Shown here piece by piece: positions 50,771 to 62,509 of a stretch of 64,000 nucleotides of DNA. The notes under the pieces are model-generated. The model did no database searches and was not told the DNA's origin. It saw nothing but the letters and a program-made list of their open reading frames with translations. Within the stretch, counting starts at the first letter, position 1; each line of letters begins with the position of its first letter. The DNA lies in assembly GCF_036365525.1 (NCBI RefSeq), contig NC_090404.1:1798001-1862000 (forward strand). Direction: 5' to 3'. The translations under genes and the position numbers were made by a program. The stretch is from Heterodontus francisci (lineage: Eukaryota).

Positions 50771-51437
50771 ACAATCAAATACAATCTTATTCCACATGCA
50801 GCCTGTTTCCTGTCTGTACAGACAGCTCACTGGTTTATGCTGCAAGCTTGTTAGGATGAGGCATTTTTAATAAACACAATCCCTATTCTCACTCTGTGCA
50901 AACTATTTTGTCTCCATCAGCACTGAAGTATCAAGTGAAACATATAACTTACTTTTCTATCCAAAAGCTGTTCCAACAATAGCTTTAACCAACTTTAAAA
51001 AAAACTGCACCAAATATAAAACAACAAACAACTGGATGATGTGTTTTTACTAAATCTTGACCTGCTTGTAAACGTCCAAAAGTCCAAAATGACCAAACCT
51101 GCCCCAACAGAGCAAGTGTCCTGAAAACTAGAATCTGGATCCAGCAGAACATATTAAACATATCCTGGAATCTTTATTCGATTCTGATAATCGATTCTGT
51201 GGGGTTAAATCTTAACCCTTGACAGTACATCCAGTTATCAGATTCCAGCTCCAATTACTGGGAATATTCCTGACTCTAAAGAAATCCACCTGTCTCAGAT
51301 AGAATCATATAATTGTTCTAAATCTCTCACTGGTTTCAGGTGAATCATACATCACACTTGAATTAGTGAACTCACGAATAACACAAATTAAAGAAAATAA
51401 ATGTTAGCTAAGGAAGGGATTGAGAAGTTTGTCTTAC

Positions 51438-51485
51438 CTGAAGTCACGGTCAGAAAGGTTCCGCTGCCCCAGTAGTCAAGATAGT
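51438..51485 (-). CDS. IgW: JH segment (YLDYWGSGTFLTVTS)
   Basis: WGxG motif; phase-1 donor CAG|GTAAGA; preceded by an RSS. Confidence 0.95.
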
Positions 51486-51524
51486 CACTGTGCTTTGTTT
51501 CCTCATTCACCCAATGCAGTAACT
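51486..51524 (-). promoter_or_regulatory. J 5' RSS, 23-bp spacer, degenerate nonamer
   Basis: Plus strand cactgtg (51486-51492) + 23 nt + gcagtaact (51516-51524). Confidence 0.8.
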
Positions 51525-51861
51525 GAACTTGCCCACAATGTGGAAAAATCACAGGGTAACATCAATATAAAAGTTGTTTTAATCTGGAGCAGCAGCTTCC
51601 TGTAATTTAATCTGAAATTCCATCTGAAACCTGTTCCAAGTGTATCAATAAGTGAGGTATTTTTGCAGTTTTTCAGTCTGCTGATACCAGCTCCTGCTGT
51701 CCCTGAGAAACAGAATCTCCTCCTTTTTGCCTTTTATTTTCCCAGAAATCAACATTTTCCTCCAACAATCTGAGGCAGTGTTTAGATATTTAACTCTGGG
51801 AGGCAGGAATGCTGAATCCATGGACACAGGCTCTGATATACATAGTCATTTGTAACGGGGG

Positions 51862-51925
51862 AGTTTGTGTCAAGCTCTGTACTGCTGTGGTCCATATCAC
51901 ACTGCTTCACCCCAGGTCATAAACC
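51862..51925 (-). other. DH segment D2 (coding 51890-51897, ATATGGAC) flanked by two 12-RSS
   Basis: Plus strand: agtttgtgt-12-tgctgtg [gtccatat] cacactg-12-tcataaacc. A 12/12 D is needed to bridge the 23-RSS of D1 and of J. Confidence 0.85.
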
Positions 51926-52254
51926 ACGGGCATAAGATCCAGCCCGAAACAAAATGTACCAAACATCTGGCCAGTAGTTTTATTAACTCCTCAGTCTGTA
52001 TCCCTGTGTCCCCCACACATCAGGTGTCAAACTCGGAGTTTTCAGGACTTCATTTATAATCCACAAGGAGTTCTCATTGTTATTGGTCCCAGAGCTGTTA
52101 CTCGCTGCATTTCCCTCTTTCAATTAATATCTTCAAAGCAAGTTGTTCACACACCTGGATTATTGAATCAGGATCTGATTTATATCCACTGGACATGAGG
52201 TAAAAGCCGGTGATATCATCTGAAGAGTCCAGTTTAAATAGCTTTCATGTGGCA

Positions 52255-52335
52255 GGTTTTTGAATGGAGGGAGCCCCCATCTCTCACACTGTGCCACCCA
52301 GTATAGACACTGTGATAGACACCTGTACATTAACC
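52255..52335 (-). other. DH segment D1b (coding 52294-52307, identical to D1a) with 5' 12-RSS and 3' 23-RSS
   Basis: Same heptamers, nonamers, 23-spacer and coding sequence as D1a at a 701-bp offset; the 12-spacer differs at 3 positions. Confidence 0.9.
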
Positions 52336-52955
52336 TCCTCCCCTTTCACTGTCACTGAGCCCCGTCACTTCACATTGAAACCACACTGACACTGCTACAA
52401 GTGAGCAATCCTGCTCTCTGATTCACACTCCAGGTGGTTTGGAAAGCTGTGTTTCAGTGGTTCTGTTACTGAGCAGTGATTCAATAATCCAGGAAACCCT
52501 GAGTTCAATCCCTCTTTGGGTGTTTGGGAATTGCACTTTAAAAATCTGGGAAAATAAAGCTGGGATGAGTAAAAGTGACCACGAAGTTATTAGGTTGTCA
52601 GAAAAACCCAACTGGTTCACTAATGTCCATGATAGAAGGACATCCGGTATGGCCTCTCGGTGACTCCAGTCTCACACCCAATGTGGTTGACTCCTGAAGG
52701 GGTCTAATGAGGCCCTCAGTTATCGCTGTCTTCTCAGGGTAACTAGGAATGGGGAACAAATCCAGTCTTGTCAGTGACATCTTCATCCCAGAGCTGTTAC
52801 TCGGCACTGTTTCCCCTTTTTCAACTAATATCTTCAAAGAAAGTTGTTCACACACCCGGATTATTGAATCAGGATCTGATTTATATCCACTGGACATGAG
52901 GTAAAAGCCGGTGATATCATCTGAAGAGTCCAGTTCAAATAGCTTTCATGTGGCA

Positions 52956-53036
52956 GGTTTTTGAATGGAGGGAGCCCCCATCTCTCACACTGTGCCACCC
53001 AGTATAGACACTGTGATACACACCCGGACATTAACC
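52956..53036 (-). other. DH segment D1a (coding 52995-53008, TCTATACTGGGTGG) with 5' 12-RSS and 3' 23-RSS
   Basis: Plus strand: ggtttttga-23-cactgtg [ccacccagtataga] cactgtg-12-acattaacc. Open in all three frames (SILG/LYWV/YTGW). Confidence 0.9.
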
Positions 53037-53379
53037 TCCTCCCCTTTCACTGTCACTGAGCCCAGTCACTTCACATTGAAACCACACTGACACTGCTACA
53101 AGTGAGCAATCCTGCTCTCAGATTCACACTCCAGATGGTTTGGGAGGCAGTGTTTCAGTTAATATTGATATTTTTTAGATGTGTCCCGAGGTCCAGTTTC
53201 GGGTTGGACCCCAGGTTTCCCATCGCATCTCCATCCCAGGAATTCCCAGATGATAAACAAGTCTCCCAATTCCAGAGGCCGCAGATCCCAACACAACAAG
53301 GATGGGAATGAAGCTGTGCTGGAACTGAGGGTGAGAGATTGTTTCCTCCCCTTTCACTCATTGCCCTGAGTGCAGACTG

Positions 53380-53418
53380 AGTTTTTGTACCAGTCCAGCC
53401 CCGGTTCCTCTCACTGTG
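53380..53418 (-). promoter_or_regulatory. V 3' recombination signal sequence, 23-bp spacer
   Basis: CACAGTG (53412-53418) + 23 nt + ACAAAAACT (53380-53388). Confidence 0.96.
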
Positions 53419-53713
53419 CTCGCACAGTAATACATGGCGGTGTCCTCAACTCTCAGATTATTCAGTTGTAGATAGGCGGTGTTGCCGCTCTTGGAAACTT
53501 CGAATCGGCCTTGAACTCCAGATGCGTAATACTTGCTACCAGAAGAAGCTATAACCGCGACCCACTGCAGCCCTTTCCCGGGGACCTGTTTCACCCAGTG
53601 CATGCTGTTGCTGCTGAGGCTGAACCCACTCACTCCACAGGACAATTTGTGAGACTCCCCGGGCTTTTTCACAGCTGACTCGGGCTGGGTCAACACGATA
53701 TTGGACCGGACAC
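53419..53713 (-). CDS. IgW: Germline VH segment ([26 protein letters not shown]...[12 protein letters not shown]...EDTAMYYCA)
   Basis: Acceptor ttaacag|GT; canonical Cys, Trp and YYC; open frame; immediately followed by an RSS. Confidence 0.96.
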
Positions 53714-53833
53714 CTGTTAATAAAAGAGAAAAAGAAGAGTTCACTTTAATAAACCCGTTGTATAAACAGAGGGTTAAAGAGTCTGCGAATAAGCAGCCGC
53801 ACTGTGAGGGAATAAAGCTGCGGGACCACTCAC

Positions 53834-53879
53834 CGGTTAGACAGGCCAGAAGGACACAGAGATAAGGAGCAATCCCCAT
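53834..53879 (-). CDS. IgW: IgW leader exon ([16 protein letters not shown])
   Basis: ATG at 53879, hydrophobic signal peptide, phase-1 donor G|GTGAGT; 120-nt intron to the V exon. Confidence 0.93.
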
Positions 53880-53954
53880 CGCCCTGTGTATTCACCCAGA
53901 CTCAGACAGACCAGAAATCGGCTGCTTCAGGGCGGCTTTGTTTGGATCTGGAGT

Positions 53955-54065
53955 CAGTGCTGTTTAAATAGGGAAGCGGAGTGAGTGAGTGAGTGAGGGT
54001 CCCACAGTTTAAACAGCAGCTCCACCCACTGAAACCAGAGGCACAGCTTCCTGTCCCCGCCTCCA
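53955..54065 (-). promoter_or_regulatory. Probable VH promoter
   Basis: TATTTAAA at 53963-53970, about 85 nt upstream of the ATG; ETS-like GGAA cores, a GC box (ccccgcctcc) and a (GAGT)n run; no octamer seen within about 250 bp. Confidence 0.5.
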
Positions 54066-55774
54066 GCAGAGATTTCAATTCTCTTCAAATTATTGTCACC
54101 GTTGGTTCTTTTGCCTTTCACCTGAAATCGGTGTCATTTGGATCTCGACTCACCAATGGTAACAGTTTCTCCCTCACTGCTGTGTCCAGATCCCGCATGA
54201 TTTTGAACACTTCGATCAGTAAACCAGATGCCTGGATTAATAACCCAGAGAATGTGAGTTCAAATCGCACCACAGCACTTTGAAAAACTGAATTCAGTTC
54301 AAAACTAAATCTGGAAATAAAAAACTCAATCAGTAAAAGTGACCGCAAAGCCGTAAAATTATCATTAAAATTCCAACTGGTTCACTAACTCCCTTTGGGG
54401 AACCTGCCGCCCTTCCCCAGTCCAGCCTCCACGTCACTCCAGTCCCAACACCAACCTGGTTGCCTCTGAAGTGAACGAGCAAGCCATTCAGTTTGTATAA
54501 AATCACTGCTCGTGATTCAAGACAAAGGTCCATCACATTCCCGGGACAATTAGGGACTGACAATAAATGCTGGCTTTGCCTGCGGCACCCACATCCCGAG
54601 AATGAATAAAAACAGAGATATTCAGATGGAAGGTGGATTATATACTGATCATGAGTTGTCTCTCCCAGTATCTAGACAATAAGTTTTACATTTGTCTGGA
54701 TATTGGGTCAGACACCTCTCACCATTGTGTTAGAAACCCCTTTGATCTCTGTCAGTCTGTGAGAGGAGCAGGTCTTTTGATGCAGAGCTTTTAGTAACAG
54801 AACACAGACACCACGAGGGTCAGTCGGGCTTTTGAAAACCGAAGGTTCCTCAGTCAGGTGGGCAGCCAAATGCTGCTGGAAACACAATTCTGGACACCAC
54901 ACTTCAGGAAAGGTGTAAAGACCTGAGAAAGAATACAGAGGAGGTTTACCAGGATGTTACCAGTGATGAGGGACTTCAGTTCTGAGGAGAAGTTGGGAAA
55001 GTTAGGCTGTTGACTTTGGAAGGTCTGGAATTCCCTCCTTAAAACTCTCTAACTCTCTCCTCTTTTCAGACACTCTTTAAAACTTAAGTCTTTAACCAAA
55101 CTTTTGGTCATCCCACCTAATATCTCCTGATGTGGCTTGGTGTTAAATTTCATTACATACCATTCCTGTGAAGCAGCTGGAAGTGTGTTATTACATTAAA
55201 GGTGCTATATAAAGACAAGTTGTTGTTGTTGTTGGAACAGAGAAGGTTAAGAGGTGCCCTAACAGATGGGGAGAGGTTTTGATTGGATAGATAGAGAAAA
55301 ACTATTCCCTCTGGTGAGTGGGTCAATAACCAGAGGCCATAGATTTAAAATCATTGGCAAAAGATCGAGAGGGGAGATGAGGAGAAATGTTTTCACTTTG
55401 AGAGTTGTTGGGATCTGAACTCTTTACCTGATAAGGTGCTGGAAGCTGATTCCATAAATAATTGGAAAAGGGAATTGGATATCTACTTGAGGAGGAGGAA
55501 CTTACAGGATTACAGAAAAACAACAGGGATGTGGGACTAAGATCCAGCACAGACACGACAGGCTGAATGGCCTCCTTCTGTGCTGCATGGTTCTATGATT
55601 CTAACTCACAAATCAAAGTTCACCTTCTGAGTGTTTCCAGAATTTTCTGTTTTTATTTCACCTCCCTTCATGGTAACCTGCATTCACAGAGTGGCTTTCA
55701 CAACCTCAAGACATCCCAAACCTCTTCACAGCCAATGAAGTGGGAACATTATCACCTACAAGTTCCCCTCTATT

Positions 55775-57534
55775 TTTTTTTTTTATTTCCAAAATATACT
55801 TTATTCATAAAAATCTGTAAAAATTACATTGCCAAACAGTTTCCAAACAGCACCAAAAAATACAAACATTGCAAGGGAGATCAGTTTCCTTCAATACTGT
55901 CATGAGTTTCTTCCCAACCCTTCCGTTTCTCAATTGTCATGTCAATTACAGTTTTACATTTACAGCAATTCAGAATATTAACGATACAGTTCGAGGGGTT
56001 TCCCATGGATCCAGCCCCTCAGTCTAGCTTGGTGGGGGAACCTTACACTGTGGTCTTTCCCCATTGAGCCTTTGCTGCGGCTGCCCCAAGCTTTAGTGCG
56101 TCCCTCAGCACGTAGTCCTGGACCTTGGAATGTGTCAGTCTGCAACATTCGGTGGTGGACAACTCTTTGCGCTGGAAGACCAGCAAGTTTCGGGCAGACC
56201 AAAGGTCGTCTTTCACCGAATTGATAGTCCTCCAGCAGCAGTTGATGTTTGTCTCGGTGTGCGTCCCTGGGAACAGCCCGTAGAGCACAGACTCCTGTGT
56301 TACAGAGCTGCTTGGGATGAACCTCGACAAAAACCACTGCATCTCTTTCCACACCTGCTTTGCAAAGACACATTCCAGGAGGAGGTGGGCGACCGTCTCT
56401 TCCCCACCACAGCCAACGCGGGGGCATTGTGCGGAGGGGGCGAGACTTCGGGCATGCAGGAAGGATCTGACGGGGAGGGCTCTTCTCACCACCAGCCAAG
56501 CTACGTCTTGGTGCTTGTTTGAAAGTTCTGGTGATGAGGCATTCCGCCAAATGACTTTGACGGTCTGCTTGGGGAAACATCCGACAGGATCCACCGTCTC
56601 CTTTTCCCGTAGGGCCTTGAGGACATTCCGTGCAGACCAATGCCTGATGGACCGGTGGTCAAAGGTGTTTTCCCGCAGAAACTGCTCCACGAAGGATAGG
56701 TGGTATGGCACGGCCCAACTGCATGGAGCGTTCCGCAGCAATGTGACCAGGCCCATCCTTCGCAACACCGGGGACAGATAGAACCTCAGCACGTAGTGAC
56801 ACTTGGAGTTTGCGTACTGGAGATCTACACACAGCTTGATGCAGCCGCACACGAAGGTGGTCATCAGGATGAGGGACACGTTGGGTACATTTTTCCCGCC
56901 CTTGTCCAGAGATTTGAACATTGTGTCCCTCCGGACCCGGTCCATTTTAGATCCCCAGATGAAGCGGAAAATGGCTCGGGTGACTGCCACAGCGCAGGGG
57001 TGGGGTATGGGCCAGACCTGCACCACGTAGAGCAACAACGTGAGCGCCTCGCACCTGATGACCAGGTTCTTACCCACAATGGAGAGAGATCGCTGCCCCC
57101 ACATGCCCAACCTTTGTCGTACCTTGGCTACTCGCTCCTCCCAGGTTTTGGTGCACGCCCCAGCCCTTCCGAACCAGATCCCCAGCACCTTCAGGTAATC
57201 TGATGTGACGGTGAAGGGGACAAAGGATCGGTCAGCCCAGTTCCCAAAGAACATGGCTTCGCTCTTGCCGTGGTTAACTTTACCTCCCGAGGCCAATTCG
57301 AACTGGTCGCAGATGCTCATCAGTCTGCGCACGGACAGCGGATCCGAGCAGAAGACGGCAACGTCATCCATGTACAGGGAGGTTTTAACCTGAATGCCTT
57401 CGCTGACTGGGATTGTCACCCCTCTTATGCTCGCATCCTTCCTAATAGACTCAGCAAAGGGTTCAATACAGCAAACAAACAAGACCGGGGAGAGAGGACA
57501 GCCCTGTCTGACTCCAGATTTGATCGTGAAACTT
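55775..57534 (-). mobile_element. L1/Tx1-clade LINE, 5'-truncated (open 479-aa ORF2 remnant 56043-57482)
   Basis: YMDD RT motif; C-terminal CPRVGC...H...C zinc finger; AATAAA plus poly(A). Confidence 0.9.
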
Positions 57535-57889
57535 ATGACCAGATAATCTAGTTTTAATGATGTTGTTTGAGGGATAAATGTTGGCCCAGGACACTGGGAG
57601 AACGCCCCAGCTCTTTTACATCCACCTGACTGGCCAGACAGGGCCTCACTTTAACATCTCATCCCAGAGACAGCACCTCTGACAGTGCAATGCTTCCTCA
57701 GGACTGCACTGTGAGTTTTAGCCGAGATTATGGGCTCAATTCTGTGGAGTGGGACTTCAACCATCTGAGTCAGAGTCAAGAGTGATACCATTGAGCCAAG
57801 GCTGAGGTGATACAGGCACGAAGGTCATGAGTGTCGGGTGTGGTTCACAAGGGGATATCACTGTTACAACCTCAGGTCTTCCTATGGTA

Positions 57890-59057
57890 CGAGTAGATCT
57901 CAAATCTGAACAAAGCAAACTATGTAGGTATGGGGGTGAGTTGGCTCAGATAGATTGGGAAAATAGATTAAAAGATATGATGGTAGATAAGCAATGGCAA
58001 ACATTTAAAGAGTTAATTCATAATATGCAACAAATATACATTCCAGTAAAGACTAAAAAAAGGGAAAAGTGGGCATACCATGGTTGACAAGAGAAATTAA
58101 AGACGGTATTTGATTAGAAAAGAATAGTAAGCCTGAGGATTGGGTGGATTTTAGAATTCAGGAAATGATGACCAAGAAATTAATAAAGAAAGAGAAAATA
58201 GAATATGAGAGTCAACTAGTAAAAGACACAAAACAGATTATAAAAGTTTCTGTAGGTATGTAAAAAGGAAAAGATTAACGAGAATGAACATAAGTGTCTT
58301 AGAGGCAGAGACAAGAGAAATTATAACAGGGAATAAGGAAAAAGCAGAGACATTAAACAAATACTTTGTCTCTGCCTTCATGGTCGAAGACACAAAACAA
58401 ATTCTGGAAGTAGTGGGAACGAAGGGTCTAATGAGAATGAGGAATTTAGGGATATTAGTATCAGTAAAAAATTAGTACAGGAGAAATTAACGGGACTTAA
58501 AAATCGACAAATCCCTGGATCTGATGACCTGCATCCTCGGGTTTTAAAAGAGGTAGCTGTAGAGATGGTGGATGTATTGGTTTTAATGTTCCAGAATTTC
58601 CTCGATTCTAGAACGGTTCCCATGGATTGGAAGGCAGTAAAATATAACCTCACTATTCAAGAAACAAGGGAGAGAGAAAACCGGGAGCTGTCGACCAAAT
58701 TGCCTGACATCAGTATTAGGGAAAATGCTAGAATCTATTATCAGGAACGTGATAACAGAGCACTTAGAAAATCATAATATTTGATTTGGCAGAGTCAACG
58801 CGGATTTATAAATGGGAAATTGTGTTTTACAATTCCGCTAGAGTTTTTGAGGGTGTAACTCGCAGGTTAGATCAGGGGAAACCAGTGAATATGGTGGAGA
58901 ATAGAAAGAGGGTGCAAAGGGACATGGACAGAATAAGTGATTGGGGAAGATGGAGTAAAATGTGGGGAAGTGTGAAGTTATCCACTTCAGAAGGAAAAAT
59001 AGAAAAGCAGAATACCATGTAATTGGTGAGAAACTGGGAAATGTTGGTATTTAGAGG
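57890..59057 (+). mobile_element. Old CR1 fragment (continues at 61154-61380)
   Basis: LNKYFVSAF and KSLDLM/PRVLKE-type remnants; split by the L1/Tx1 insertion. Confidence 0.7.
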
Positions 59058-61153
59058 TTGATTACAAGATTCTGTCCAAAGTCATAGCCAGTCGAGTCAA
59101 GTCTGCTCTGGAGTTGGTGATTCACCCCGATCAGACCTGTACTGTACCCGGCAGGAAGATCTCTGATAGTCTCGCGCTACTCAGGGATACGATCGCCTAC
59201 GTACGGGACAGGAGGGTGGACACCTGCCTCATCAGCCTGGACCAGGAGAAGGCTTTTGACAGGATATCGCACACCTACATGATGGACGTGCTTTCCAAAA
59301 TGGGGTTTGGGGAGGGAATCTGCAATTGGATCCAACTGCTCTACACAAACATCAGTAGCGCAGTCTCAATCAACGGGTGGGAATCTGAAAGTTTCCCGAT
59401 CAAATCTGGAGTCAGACAGGGCTGTCCTCTTTCCCCGGTCTTGTTTGTTTGCTGTATTGAACCCTTTGCTGAGTCTATTAGGAAGGATGCGAGCATAAGA
59501 GGGGTGACAATCCCAGGCAGCGGAGGCACTCAGGTCAAAACCTCCCTGTACATGGATGACGTCGCCGTCTTCTGCTCGGATCCGCTGTCCGTGCGCAGAC
59601 TGATGAGCATCTGCGACCAGTTCGAACTGGCCTCGGGAGCCAAAGTTAACCACGGCAAGAGCGAGGCCATGTTCTTTGGGAACTGGGCTGACCGATCCTT
59701 TGTCCCCTTCACCGTCAGGTCAGATTACCTGAAGGTGCTGGGGATATGGTTCGGAAGTGCCGGGGCGTGCACCAAAACATGGGAGGAGCGAGTAGCCAAG
59801 GTACGACAAAAGTTGGGCATGTGGGGGCAGCGATCTCTCTCCATTGTGGGTAAGAACCTGGTCATCAGGTGCGAGGCGCTCACGTTGTTGCTCTCCGTGG
59901 CGCAGGTCTGGCCCATACCCCACTCCTGCGCCGTGGCAGTCACCCGAGCCATTTTCCGCTTCGTCTGGGGATCTAAAATGGACCGGGTCCGGAGGGACAC
60001 GATGTTCAAATCTCTGGACATGGGCGGGAAAAATGTACCCAACGTGGCCCTCATCCTGATGACCACCTTCGTGTGCGGCTGCATCAAGCTATGTGTGGAT
60101 CCCCAGTACGCAAACACCAAGTGTCACTACGTGCTGAGGTTCTATCTGTCCCCGGTGTTGCGAAGGATGGGCCTGGTCACATTGCCGCGGAACGCTCCGT
60201 GCAGTTGGGACGTGCCGTACCACTTATCCTTCGTGGAGCAGTTTCTGCGGAAAAACACCTTTGACCACCAGTCCATCAGGCAGTGGTCTGCACGGAATGT
60301 CCTCAAGGCCCTACGGGAAAAGGAAACGGTGGATCCTGTCGGATGGTTCCCCGAGCAGACCGTCAAAGGCATTTGGCGGAATGCCTCATCACCAGAACTT
60401 TCAAACAAGCACCAAGACGTAGCTTGGCTGGTGGTGAGAAGGGCCCTCCCCGTCAGATCCTTCATGCACACCCGAAGTCTCGCCCCCTCCGCACAGTGCC
60501 CCCGCGTTGGCTGTGGTGGGGAAGAGACGGTCGCCCACCTCCTCCTGGAATGTGCCTTTGCAAAGCAGGTGTGGAAAGAGATGCAGTGGTTTTTGTCAAG
60601 GTTCATCCCAAGCAGCTCTGTAACACAGGAGTCTGTGCTCTACGGGCTGTTCCCAGGGACGCACACCGAGACAAACATCAACTGCTGCTGGAGGACTATC
60701 AATTCGGTGAAAGACGCCCTTTGGTCTGCCCGAAACTTGCTGGTCTTCCAGCGCAAAGAGTTGTCCACCACCGAATGTTGCAGACTGGCACATTCCAAGG
60801 TCCAGGACTACGTGCTGAGGGACGCACTAAAGCTTGGGGCAGCCGCAGCAAAGGCTCAATGGGGAAAGACCACAGTGTAAGGTTCCCCCACCAAGCTGGA
60901 CTGAGGGGCTGGAACCATGGGAAGCCCCTCGAACTGTATCGTTAATATTCTCAATTGCTGTAAATGTAAAACTGTAATTGACATGACAATTGTGAAACGG
61001 AAGGGTTGGGAAGAAACTCATGACATTATTGAAAGAAACTGATCTCTTTTGCAATGTTTGTATTTTTTCGTGCTGTTTGGAAACTGTTTGGCAATGTAAT
61101 TTTTACAGATTTTTATGAATAAAGTATATTTTGGAAAAAAAATAAAAAACATT
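59058..61153 (+). mobile_element. L1/Tx1-clade LINE, 5'-truncated (open 588-aa ORF2 remnant 59114-60880)
   Basis: DQEKAFD, GVRQGCPLSP, YMDD, CCHC finger; poly(A); 14-bp TSD ttggtatttagagg at 59044-59057 and 61154-61167. Confidence 0.93.
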
Positions 61154-61379
61154 TTGGTATTTAGAGGGACCTGGGTGTTATTGTACATGAATCACAGAAA
61201 GTTAACATGCAGGTGCAGCAATCAATTGGGAAAGCAGATAGTAGGTTTGCCTTAATTACAAAGGGATTGGAGTATAAGAGTGAAGAAGTCTTACTACAAT
61301 TGTATAGGGTCTTGGTGAGACCACACCTGAAGTACCGTGTACAGTTTTGGTCTCCTTACCTAAGGAAGGATGTACTTTA

Positions 61380-62082
61380 TTAAACTTAAACTCTAATTCG
61401 GTTAACACCTCAGGATATGTGATGTGCCCAATCTAGCAATACATATGCGATACAAACATACAGATAGAGACAGAAAAGAGCAGAAGAAATAAAGTGGAAA
61501 AGCTTGAGGAAATAGCTGAAGATGGTTTTGGTTACTGTTCTTCGAGCTCGCTGTAAAGTCCTTGATTGCAGGTAGGTCTTGCTTTTCATTGGGGCCCAGT
61601 ATTCTTCTTAAACCTTGACCTTTCTCTCTTGAAGTTCATGTGTCCTTAGTGGGTCCAGAGGCTTGTGAGAAAGAGATGGGAGCAGACAGGAGAGGTCTGC
61701 TCACTCCAGGAGCAAACAGTCTTTCTGACTTCAAATTCTCTGTGGCTAGTTCAAAAAAAAACCCTGGACCTGCCAGTTAGTCATGTAACCAGCTGGTTTA
61801 ACCAGTCCTGGCTTCTGTAGATTGTATCACCTTAGCAGTCTCTGGAATGCTGTCCCTTACACCTTCAATGTCTGGTGATCAAAATCCATTGTAGATTAAG
61901 TGGACCAGGCAATAGCCCTTTGTCTCCACAAGCACTGTCTGTTCGTGCGCAAATGTCCTTTCAGCCAAGTGTCTGGTGATTTTTTAACAAGTCCTTTCTT
62001 CACTCCCGCAACAGTTTAAAATCAATGTTCATGTGAGAAAATTAATATGCCTCATTCTTGGCAGGTGGGGGTCTGCATGACA
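61380..62082 (-). mobile_element. Possible partial solo LTR
   Basis: Non-CR1 block interrupting CR1 sequence, starting TGTCATG on the minus strand; no TSD identified. Confidence 0.35.
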
Positions 62083-62509
62083 GTACGAAGCGGATTAAGG
62101 GATATTGGAAAAGTGCAGAAAGGTAAAAGGTCAGTCATGATCATATTGAATGGTGGAGCAGGCTTGAACGGTCAAATGGCCTCCTCCTGCTCCTATTTCT
62201 GATGTTTTAATGCTCTAATGTAGATACTCGACAGTGAGAGCCAACTACCTTCATAACAAGATGGACAGATGACTCAATGTGATTACTGATATTGAACCTG
62301 GGAAGGGATCTATGGCAGACCCGGACTGTAACAAAGGATATGTGATAGGTGTACATGATGATAAAATAACAAGGAAAGGTGAGCATCAATCGACTGTTCC
62401 CATTGACAGGAGGACATTTACCATTATAATGTGTGTCAGTGAATGACCTGCTTCAGTGACATCATCAGATATCTGAATAACACACCCACACCAGGAACAC
62501 TGGCTTGTG

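Larger units (their letters stand above)
11875..53879 (-). other. IgW: Immunoglobulin heavy-chain cluster (minilocus), IgW class: L-V-D-D-D-J-CH1-CH2-Sec1-CH3-CH4-Sec2-CH5-CH6-CH7-CH8(sec)-TM1-TM2
   Basis: One V, three D and one J with 12/23-compatible RSS, followed by eight C1-set exons, two Cys-rich secretory exons and TM exons, all on the minus strand. Cluster organisation, 6-8 C exons and interspersed secretory exons are established features of chondrichthyan IgW. The 3' end is approximate (AATAAA at 11893-11898). Confidence 0.93.

Noticed and set aside
41530-53879. IgM, IgNAR or TCR-delta identity
   Set aside because: Conventional VH with full FR2, JH WGxG, CH1 with light-chain Cys, eight C exons and Cys-rich secretory exons fit IgW.
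55775-61153. Inverted LINE pair as TIRs of one large transposon, a twin-priming product, or host genes
   Set aside because: Both copies have their own poly(A) 3' end and different truncation points; one has its own TSD; both ORFs are truncated ORF2.
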